Shown piece by piece: positions 56,719 to 64,000 of a DNA stretch of 64,000 nt. The DNA is from a virus. The notes beneath the pieces are model-generated. The model worked only from the letters and a program-made list of their open reading frames with translations, ran no database searches and was not told the DNA's origin. The stretch lies in IMG/VR virus record IMGVR_UViG_3300045988_136739. One strand, written 5' to 3'. The stretch's first letter is position 1; the number at the start of each line of letters is the position of its first letter. A program made the position numbers and the translations under genes.

Positions 56719-56991
56719 ATGTTCGGGTTAGTGCCGTTATTACTTATACTATATATTGGAGTCGGTTCAATATACTTTCTCGAATGCTTTCCAGATATTT
56801 ATACTGAATACGGACTATGGCAATGTGATGGGGTAAAAGAGCTTGCTGTCGTTTCTTTTTTTGTTATCTTTTGGTTGCCGTACCTTGTATTATTTAAAAT
56901 AATAATTGGCTGGACTATTGACGCGATATGTAATATTATATTGAGTAATCAGGTTGATAATGATGGATTTGAAAAAGAAGATTTTGAATAA
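56719..56991 (+). CDS. small membrane protein
   Basis: hydrophobic helices; GGAGG RBS. Confidence 0.5.
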   Translation: MFGLVPLLLILYIGVGSIYFLECFPDIYTEYGLWQCDGVKELAVVSFFVIFWLPYLVLFKIIIGWTIDAICNIILSNQVDNDGFEKEDFE

Positions 56992-57013
56992 AGAGGAAGG
57001 TTGACTATAAAAT

Positions 57014-57487
57014 ATGCAGAATGTTATTAACCGTTTCGATGGCGAGTATTTCTTTTTGAGCAACTTCTATCAGTGTCCGGTAACTTATGATGGAATTGCT
57101 TATGGCAGTTCTGAGGCGGCTTTTCAGGCGCAGAAAACTTTGGATATTGAAAAGCGTAAGTATTTTGCGACACTTGACCCGTCTAAATCTAAACGAGAGG
57201 GTCGTCGCCTTGTTGATTTACGTTCAGACTGGGATGATGTAAAAGACAAAGTGATGTACGAGATTGTTATGGCGAAGTTCATCCAGAATCCCAAGCTGGC
57301 CGATAAACTGTTAGCAACTAAGGGAATGACTTTAGTTGAGGGTAACAGTTGGAATGACCGTTATTGGGGGATGGATTACGAATGTACTGTTGGTCGTAAT
57401 CAGCTTGGCAAAACTCTTATGCTTGTTCGTGAGAATATTTATATGATTCGTATGATGCACGGTAGCGAGAACGAATCTATTTCGTGA
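57014..57487 (+). CDS. NADAR/YbiA-family protein (DUF1768)
   Basis: FLSNFYQ, SEAAFQAQK, NDRYWG, NQLGKTLMLVRE co-linear with E. coli YbiA. Confidence 0.8.
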   Translation: MQNVINRFDGEYFFLSNFYQCPVTYDGIAYGSSEAAFQAQKTLDIEKRKYFATLDPSKSKREGRRLVDLRSDWDDVKDKVMYEIVMAKFIQNPKLADKLLATKGMTLVEGNSWNDRYWGMDYECTVGRNQLGKTLMLVRENIYMIRMMHGSENESIS

Positions 57488-57497
57488 GGAGGAAAAT

Positions 57498-58037
57498 ATG
57501 AGTTATCCAGATTTCAAGGTAATGAGTCGTTATGTGCTAGAAGATTACCTTATGAACCCGGACAATGTTGAAACGCTCGTAGTTTCTATCACTGATGTTG
57601 GCGCACCACTTGCTGGTGATGATTGCACTGCAAATAATATCCATTTCCTTAGATTACAGTTCAACGATTGTGAAGTTAGTACAAAGTGGGAAACTGCTAT
57701 GTCTGACGAGCAGGGCGCAGAAGTGGCAAACTTTATTAAGAAATGGATGATGAAGGTATACGTTGAAAAAATCATCGTTCAGTGTGAGGCTGGTTGTAGT
57801 CGTTCTGCCGGTGTATGTGCGGCGATTATGAAGTACCTTACCGGTGATGATATGTCTATTTTCCGTAACCCTAAGTATAGCCCTAACATGAATTGTTATC
57901 GAATGGTCTATAATGCTCTTTTTAATTCAAAGCCTGATGATGCTGAATTAAAAGAAAAAGCAAGAATAAGTGATGCAATATATTTTGCCGATGGTTCTGA
58001 GTGGGATTATTTTGGTGGAAAGGTTGTTAAAGAATGA
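57498..58037 (+). CDS. protein-tyrosine/dual-specificity phosphatase-like (CX5R P-loop)
   Basis: VQCEAGCSRSAGV. Confidence 0.55.
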   Translation: MSYPDFKVMSRYVLEDYLMNPDNVETLVVSITDVGAPLAGDDCTANNIHFLRLQFNDCEVSTKWETAMSDEQGAEVANFIKKWMMKVYVEKIIVQCEAGCSRSAGVCAAIMKYLTGDDMSIFRNPKYSPNMNCYRMVYNALFNSKPDDAELKEKARISDAIYFADGSEWDYFGGKVVKE

Positions 58038-58681
58038 TTAGTTATGTTCTATTTTGGGGTTATTCACTTTTTGTTCTTTTCCCGATTGTCACGTACAGTA
58101 TTTACTGCCAGATTGTTAGCACATGGACATTGGTAGGAATATCAATTTGGGTATTTCTTCTCGCTGTTAGGCTCACACCTACTGGTGCGCTCATCGCGCA
58201 GTATATCAGTTTTTGTAAATATCGCTCGCGTAAACCTGAAAGATTATTGCCCAAGATGGATTTTGGGCAAGTCGAGCATCTCATGTCCGTAAAAGAGTTA
58301 AGAGCAGATTTTGACTATGTAAAAAATATTTTCGGAGATGGGAATTTATGTAGTGGGCATTATTATAATTTTACGGAAAAGGATGAGTCAAGCGCATTCG
58401 TCAGATGCTCAATTATGGATAACAACGGAAACAAAATTTTCTTAAATCCAGCCACATACATTGATTACTTTAGAATGTGCCATCTTGTCAGAAAAGGAAT
58501 TGCAAGTATTTGTCCAGAAAACACAGTTGATGTACAACTTGCAAACTTGAACACTATTCGTGATGTTCTGCGTGGTATTCAAGACAAGGAGATTGCGAAA
58601 ATGCAAGACATTGCATTAGAAAGTAAGGAAATTGAAAATCGTATCATAAATGATAGAAAGGTTAAGATAAAAGCAAAATGA
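58034..58681 (+). CDS. membrane protein, hypothetical
   Basis: N-terminal TM helices. Confidence 0.5.
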   Translation: MISYVLFWGYSLFVLFPIVTYSIYCQIVSTWTLVGISIWVFLLAVRLTPTGALIAQYISFCKYRSRKPERLLPKMDFGQVEHLMSVKELRADFDYVKNIFGDGNLCSGHYYNFTEKDESSAFVRCSIMDNNGNKIFLNPATYIDYFRMCHLVRKGIASICPENTVDVQLANLNTIRDVLRGIQDKEIAKMQDIALESKEIENRIINDRKVKIKAK

Positions 58682-59169
58682 GTTACAATATTGTTGTCAC
58701 AAAGGTAAACGAGCTTCTGGAAAAGTTTGTTGGTGGCGAGATTTTCTTTAACCAGCTTGACGATTCTATCAGAGCAAACAAAGAGATTCTTGCAATGCTT
58801 GACCACGATGTTAATATAAGGTATCCGCACGGCAAGTATAGATATGTTGTTACCGGTAAAACCGGCATTGCATATTTCAATTATGGTTTTACTACAGACC
58901 TGATTGTTCCGGGCGGTTTACGTAAATCTAATACGAGGTTAGACCTTTCTGAATATGTAAAGCCCGGTGAGAATTACGTGCTTATTGATGATTCTTACTT
59001 TATGGGACGTACAGAGGCAGTTATTCGGAATGCACTCAATGAGTGTGGTGCTAGTTTAGCTGGAACGCTTGTTTTCTATGACGGCTGTATTGAAAAGCGA
59101 CCTTGGGTAACTTCTATGTATCGTTACTACGATAACTACGATGTTTTGGGAAATAGATTGGAGAAATAA
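58678..59169 (+). CDS. type I phosphoribosyltransferase (purine/pyrimidine salvage)
   Basis: PRPP-binding motif YVLIDDSYFMGRT. Confidence 0.6.
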   Translation: MSYNIVVTKVNELLEKFVGGEIFFNQLDDSIRANKEILAMLDHDVNIRYPHGKYRYVVTGKTGIAYFNYGFTTDLIVPGGLRKSNTRLDLSEYVKPGENYVLIDDSYFMGRTEAVIRNALNECGASLAGTLVFYDGCIEKRPWVTSMYRYYDNYDVLGNRLEK

Positions 59170-59171
59170 TT

Positions 59172-59435
59172 ATGAAGATTAAGATTGAATTTACTATTGA
59201 AAATAGCATGGATGCCGCACAGATTGACGAGAATTTGAAAAGGGCTATTGCCGCCGGTGTTACTGAGACGACCGTCGCAGGACAGATTCGTGATGAGTTT
59301 AAGCGGATGCTCATGAGTCAGACGTGGGGCAATGATATTAACGACAAACCTGTTGTTGCGGATATTGTCGGTGTTGAGGTATTTGCAGATTCTAATGAGA
59401 CTTCCGTATTTTCTGAATGGCACAAGGAGGACTAA
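59172..59435 (+). CDS. hypothetical protein
   Basis: ORF. Confidence 0.45.
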   Translation: MKIKIEFTIENSMDAAQIDENLKRAIAAGVTETTVAGQIRDEFKRMLMSQTWGNDINDKPVVADIVGVEVFADSNETSVFSEWHKED

Positions 59436-59624
59436 ATGGGCGAGTGGTATATTGTTCGTGGGAATATGGATGATGGATGCAAGAAGTATTCTGCAAGAGT
59501 TATCGTTTGTGCTGATACTGTAAAAGAGGCACAGGCGAAGGCAAAGAATCATTTGGAAACTGATGCTGATTGCTTATTTGTGCCTGCCGATGTAAGCCGT
59601 CTTGATGAGAATAAGGTGTATTAA
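59436..59624 (+). CDS. hypothetical protein
   Basis: ORF with AAGGAGG RBS. Confidence 0.5.
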   Translation: MGEWYIVRGNMDDGCKKYSARVIVCADTVKEAQAKAKNHLETDADCLFVPADVSRLDENKVY

Positions 59625-59627
59625 CTT

Positions 59628-60005
59628 ATGGTGTCTATTGATAATTTTGACCCAAGAGATATTGTGATACGACAGATAACTCTTGACGAATATAAGGCAA
59701 CACCGTATCGTGAAGAATTTCTGTACACAATCGTTGACGATGACGAAGACGAGTGTGTACAAGGGATTGTTGTATATACAGATGATGGCCCTTGGCATCT
59801 CAGTAACGATGATGCCTCACTGATTCGTAACCATGTTTTTAGTGAATGCTGGGAAAAGGATAGAATACTTGATAGCATCTTTTATCGGGATAAAATTGCT
59901 GCCGTAAGAATCTATAACAACTTTATTCCACTTTCATGTGATGGATATATGTGTATTTATTTCACGCTTGGTCGTATGCTTGAGTCCGGGAATCTCCCGA
60001 AATAA
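59628..60005 (+). CDS. hypothetical protein
   Basis: ORF. Confidence 0.5.
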   Translation: MVSIDNFDPRDIVIRQITLDEYKATPYREEFLYTIVDDDEDECVQGIVVYTDDGPWHLSNDDASLIRNHVFSECWEKDRILDSIFYRDKIAAVRIYNNFIPLSCDGYMCIYFTLGRMLESGNLPK

Positions 60006-60024
60006 TACAACCAATAGTTGTAAG

Positions 60025-60055
60025 ACTGGAAATTTCTTCCAGTCTTTTTCTTTAG
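60025..60055 (+). terminator. rho-independent terminator gactggaaatttcttccagtc + T-run
   Basis: hairpin + TTTTTCTTT. Confidence 0.7.
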
Positions 60056-60063
60056 ATTCCCCT

Positions 60064-60091
60064 TGACTTTTCTTACTTTGTGTGGTATAAT
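60064..60091 (+). promoter_or_regulatory. CCCCTTGACT-16-TATAAT class promoter
   Basis: consensus family. Confidence 0.6.
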
Positions 60092-60128
60092 ATTGGTATA
60101 AGAAAGACAGATAGCAATGGAGGATATT

Positions 60129-61106
60129 ATGGACTGGATAACAATGATTGTATGTATCATTTGGATTGTTTTCTTTGTTGGAGTGTTTGTTGCAATTATC
60201 ACCGATTCTGTAAAATCATCTTGGTACGATGATGCAAGAGACTCGGATTATGCACCCGAAAAGAAAAGGCCAATCAATCATATAGATAAAGAATTGGACG
60301 ACAAACGTGTTGATTATCTTCTTTGCATGAGAGACATAGGCATTATCAGTAGTGACAATGTTTCCAATTCTATGCGTAAAATTGACGAGTATCTTACTTC
60401 GTATAAACTTGAGCAATTTAACCGTTTCTATACTGTTTATTGCAGGGAACTTAGTGATATACTAAAAAAGATTAAAGATTGCAGATGCTCCTCTTTATAT
60501 TATAGCCTTGTGACAGAAACTAGAACAACATACGGTAGTATCTTCTCTAAAATGCTTACAGATGTAGAAGCGTTTATTAAAAATAATTCAGCTTCTGTCA
60601 CAGATATTGAAGGTATCAAGAATTTTGCTAAAATCAATGGTGACTTTGATGAGAACTATAAAGCAGAAGCAGTCAGCAAGTCGATTGATGATGCAGACGT
60701 GATTCTTACTCCTATTACTTCAGCAGTAGAAAATACACAGCTTACAAAAGAATTAGAAAAGTGTAGAGCAGAAGCCAAAAAGCATTGTGAAAAAAGATAT
60801 AATGTTGATGTCGCACAAGCAAAGCTGAAAAGCGATTTGGAACAACTTAACGAAGCGATTTACTATCAAGAACTTGCTGGTCGTAACGGTGCTACGAACG
60901 ATAATACCTTGAAGTTGATGCGTGAGACTCGTCACGAGATTATTAAATATGTCGCCGACTGGGGGATTGAACACTATAATGACCACGACCTTTATTGTTG
61001 GGGAATCCCAATCGACGACTATCTCAAAAATTGGAAAGCTGGACTTGACTATGCGTACAACATGTACTCTGATGAATCGGATGGAATAGTGTATGAAAGT
61101 TTATAA
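60129..61106 (+). CDS. membrane-anchored coiled-coil protein, hypothetical
   Basis: N-terminal TM helix; GGAGG RBS. Confidence 0.5.
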   Translation: MDWITMIVCIIWIVFFVGVFVAIITDSVKSSWYDDARDSDYAPEKKRPINHIDKELDDKRVDYLLCMRDIGIISSDNVSNSMRKIDEYLTSYKLEQFNRFYTVYCRELSDILKKIKDCRCSSLYYSLVTETRTTYGSIFSKMLTDVEAFIKNNSASVTDIEGIKNFAKINGDFDENYKAEAVSKSIDDADVILTPITSAVENTQLTKELEKCRAEAKKHCEKRYNVDVAQAKLKSDLEQLNEAIYYQELAGRNGATNDNTLKLMRETRHEIIKYVADWGIEHYNDHDLYCWGIPIDDYLKNWKAGLDYAYNMYSDESDGIVYESL

Positions 61107-61305
61107 AATTATTGATAAATTACAAAAACTTGCAAAAGAGAATCCAGAACAGGAAATTACGATTGAAACTGGTAAACATCGCTCGTATAAATGTCCGCAC
61201 TGTGGCAAAGAGGCCGCTTGGGTACAGGAGCTTGCAACGTGCAAACTTAGTGATGCCAACATCTACGAAGGATTTGACGGAACGATTGTAATTGATACAG
61301 AGTGA
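61093..61305 (+). CDS. small zinc-ribbon protein (CPHCG)
   Basis: ORF. Confidence 0.45.
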   Translation: MKVYKIIDKLQKLAKENPEQEITIETGKHRSYKCPHCGKEAAWVQELATCKLSDANIYEGFDGTIVIDTE

Positions 61306-61314
61306 GGTGGTTTT

Positions 61315-61497
61315 ATGGATTTCTCTGATATTTTCTTTATGGTAACTATTTTTAGCGTTATAGCGATTGTAGCATTGTTTGAGCTTTATGGTTTGGTAGT
61401 GTGGGCGATTCCCCGTGGTTTATTTACCACTGCTTTATACGCACTTGGATGTTTAGCGGCAGATTCTTTTGTCGCTGGATTTATAACAATGGCATAA
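61315..61497 (+). CDS. small membrane protein
   Basis: hydrophobic. Confidence 0.4.
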   Translation: MDFSDIFFMVTIFSVIAIVALFELYGLVVWAIPRGLFTTALYALGCLAADSFVAGFITMA

Positions 61498-61508
61498 TAG
61501 GAGGTAAG

Positions 61509-61889
61509 ATGATTAAAAAGCGTATCACATTGTCAGATTGGACATATATTGGTAAGTATAACAACTGTGTAGAATGGGGGCGAAAGCTCTGCGACTACTA
61601 TCTTATCTTAGATGAGGATAAGGCGTTGTATAGAAAACAGGAAATTAAAACTTGGTTTTATGCGATTATATTCATTCCGATTTGTTTAATCAATTTTGTT
61701 CTCTGTATTATTGATGGCGGCTTAGTTGAGTTTGAGCTTCCTTATAAAACTACTGATAAGACGTTTCTGGGTATGCAGAAAGATAAAAATACGATAAGTT
61801 GTCCTACCTATGGCATATCTTATGAAAGGGCTAAAGAGATTTGGAATAAGTATGACAAGGGGGCAAGATGGAGATTTATAGAGAAGTAA
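61509..61889 (+). CDS. hypothetical membrane protein
   Basis: ATG with TAGGAGG RBS. Confidence 0.5.
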   Translation: MIKKRITLSDWTYIGKYNNCVEWGRKLCDYYLILDEDKALYRKQEIKTWFYAIIFIPICLINFVLCIIDGGLVEFELPYKTTDKTFLGMQKDKNTISCPTYGISYERAKEIWNKYDKGARWRFIEK

Positions 61890-62006
61890 TTGATGTTGTC
61901 ATTAGTATTTTTATTCTTGGTGGACTTTTAGGAATCGGCTATATTGGTTTTCATATTGTCGTTGATATTTTTGAATGGGTATGGCCGTTTTAAGGTGATA
62001 ATGTAT

Positions 62007-62216
62007 ATGGGAACATACGAAAAGATGGAACAGCTTCTTCGGCAGAGAATGGAAGAGATGCTTTTAAACGGCGTTTCTCCATTTGATATCGTAGATACAC
62101 TACTCGGCGATATGACTATGGACATTCATCATAACCTGTATTCAGCAAAAGATATGAAAGAAATTTCACATCCATACAAACGAGATTATGGTCACTATTT
62201 TTTAGATAAAATTTGA
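62007..62216 (+). CDS. hypothetical small protein
   Basis: ATG with AAGGTG RBS. Confidence 0.45.
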   Translation: MGTYEKMEQLLRQRMEEMLLNGVSPFDIVDTLLGDMTMDIHHNLYSAKDMKEISHPYKRDYGHYFLDKI

Positions 62217-62272
62217 CTTTTGTGTAATAAAAAACAACGTAGGTACGTTAAATTTTTGAGGAGAAAATTGTT

Positions 62273-62722
62273 ATGGGATGCTTTTCTTGGATGAGAGCAG
62301 ATAAAACTACAAAACGGAGTAATATCGTAGATGGCGATAGCTACAAAATTCTTATTCCGAAGGAGTTTGGTGGTGGTTTTATTAAAGACCACTATCAGGG
62401 ATATGGTCGGGTTCTTTGGGACACCAAAGATAATATGGCTGACCTTTACGGTATTCTTGCATATTGGAACAAACACCCCAATATGATTTACGATGGTGAC
62501 AAATACCCGTCTACTATGGAAGACATTCTTACCAAAGGTAAGACCGGTCATTATGGCAATCGTTGGCGTGGTATTAACATTAGTCGTTTTAACGGTGATA
62601 TTGATAAACTTAAATATCCACTGAAACTTGTTTCTGCATCGTATAAAGGAACTTACGAGGATTGCGAAGGACGAAGCTATAGTGACCCAAATCAGGGGTT
62701 CTTCAAGACTTACTGGGAATAA
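62273..62722 (+). CDS. hypothetical protein
   Basis: GAGGAG RBS. Confidence 0.5.
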   Translation: MGCFSWMRADKTTKRSNIVDGDSYKILIPKEFGGGFIKDHYQGYGRVLWDTKDNMADLYGILAYWNKHPNMIYDGDKYPSTMEDILTKGKTGHYGNRWRGINISRFNGDIDKLKYPLKLVSASYKGTYEDCEGRSYSDPNQGFFKTYWE

Positions 62723-62734
62723 CGGAGATAATAT

Positions 62735-62926
62735 ATGAGAATTTTAGTAAATGGTGACAACAGAAATCGCATTACATTTGCCTGCCGTGGTTGTGGATGT
62801 ATTTATCAAATGAACCTTGATGAAGTTAAAGTAGAAATTTGTTGTAGCCCTTATCCTGATGTATACAAGAGCAACTGCCCAGAATGTAGTTATAGCAATG
62901 TGGTAAGGCGTGGTGTAAGTGGTTAA
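62735..62926 (+). CDS. small zinc-ribbon protein (CRGCGC...CPEC)
   Basis: ORF. Confidence 0.45.
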   Translation: MRILVNGDNRNRITFACRGCGCIYQMNLDEVKVEICCSPYPDVYKSNCPECSYSNVVRRGVSG

Positions 62927-62973
62927 GAGAAAAGGATTCACAGACCCAGATAGTTGTGGATGTTAAAATGTTA

Positions 62974-64000
62974 TGTATGAGGTGTGTAAAGTGGGATATA
63001 CTGCAATTATTGTAGCCGGAGATTTTGGTAATGATGGCAAAAAATCTGGTTTGGCAAACAAATGCTATAACATTTTAAAAAATGATAGTCATATAGAAAG
63101 CACACTGTTATTCAACGGAGGCGATTATGATGAGATTCAAAATATTTTGAATTTAATTAACAAAAAGCATTATGATTTTGTTTTTTGGTGGCCCAATATT
63201 GATAACAGCTTCGTAAAAAATAGGAGCGTAAAAGATTACGACCCATTTACAATGCTCATCACATCTAAGAGAGACGATGCTGACAAATATTCATTCCAAG
63301 AACTTTTGCAAAGAACTATTTCTGTAAAGGCAAACCTATCATTTAAGTTTAAGAGAACAGATACTGGGCTTTTTAATATTACGATATTTGACCCGCTTGG
63401 TTCTGTATGGTATGATGGAATAGATATTGAACTTGCAATGCAAACCTGTATAGATAGGTTGATTTTTCTTAAATCTATGACTCGACAGAACACGACACAA
63501 TCCATCACAGATAAAGGTCTTGTTTTGTCGTGGTATTTTGACCAGTTCAAACAAAATGAGTATAAATCGGACAGAGTTATTGATGTTCCAGATGAGAACG
63601 ATTTTGTTGATACAGTAAAAAGATACGCTACAAAATTTCAGGAGTTTATGCCGACAGATTGCGTGACAACACGTTTTGTTGGTAATGCCAGTATACGAAA
63701 GTTACCACCGCAAGTTGGACGATGCGGAAAGGGTATGCCGAGTTTTAGAAGAAATGGGTATATTTTCGTGTCTAAACGCAATATTGATAAACGATTTATC
63801 ACACTTGAGAATTTCGTCCCGGTATATATGGATAACGATAAACTTATGTATTGTGGCACAGACAAGCCGTCAGTTGATACGCCTGTGCAGATGCTGCTTT
63901 ATAATAAGTATAGTAATATAAACTATATCCTTCATAGTCATTGCTATATTAAAAATGCGCCGTTTACGAAATTAGCAATTCCGTGCGGTGCTATAGAAGA
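62974..64000 (+). CDS. hypothetical protein, 3'-partial (runs off window); Cys/His-containing C-terminal region (HSHCY...PCG)
   Basis: GTG start with GAGGTG RBS; 342 codons with no stop to window end; not in ORF track because unterminated. Confidence 0.5.

Overview
This window looks like part of a large lytic phage genome from a low-GC Gram-positive (Firmicutes-type) host. Evidence for that host type: canonical sigma-A style TTGACA-17-TATAAT promoters, strong AGGAGG-type ribosome-binding sites, about 38% GC.

Layout of the window:
- 1-6.6 kb: a host-takeover-like early region of tiny genes, each with its own promoter and rho-independent terminator. Three families of palindromic repeats are woven between them, and one gene is an orphan HicA-like toxin.
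- 6.6-11.6 kb: a leftward operon of 13 small, paralog-rich genes, driven by a divergent promoter pair at about 11.6 kb.
- 12.1-64 kb: a single rightward block. It contains:
  - DNA ligase, PncA nicotinamidase, a metallophosphoesterase, PTH2 and an Rnl-type RNA ligase.
  - A minimal nucleotidyltransferase, a J-domain/kinase-like protein and a vWA protein.
  - A PurA-like adenylosuccinate synthetase, a Pnk-kinase/HD fusion and PIN-PhoH.
  - A Ro60/TROVE-like protein, a flotillin and a Thg1-like protein.
  - A cluster of 13 confidently assigned tRNA genes plus several aberrant tRNA-like elements, interrupted by a PD-(D/E)XK endonuclease gene.
  - A lytic transglycosylase.
  - A replication module: Dam MTase, Sak4-like ATPase, SSB, Cas4-like nuclease, primase-helicase, DnaE-type Pol III alpha.
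  - A nucleotide-metabolism module: dNMP kinase, dUTPase, FolD, UDG, NDT-like protein, ThyX, NADAR, PTP, PRTase.

Most notable observations:
1. TAG is never used as a terminal stop in about 85 genes, yet it sits in-frame inside at least six otherwise continuous genes. Two of these are conserved-domain proteins whose homology spans the TAG, which points to amber readthrough or recoding.
2. A second Dam-like methyltransferase is split by a 240-bp segment flanked by perfect 14-bp inverted repeats. Flipping the segment restores a full-length in-frame gene, so this looks like an invertible ON/OFF switch.
3. A dense tRNA/RNA end-repair toolkit sits next to the phage's own tRNA set. It includes tRNA-like genes with expansions of about 40-50 nt in the anticodon region.

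No structural or lysis-cassette genes other than the transglycosylase are in this window.
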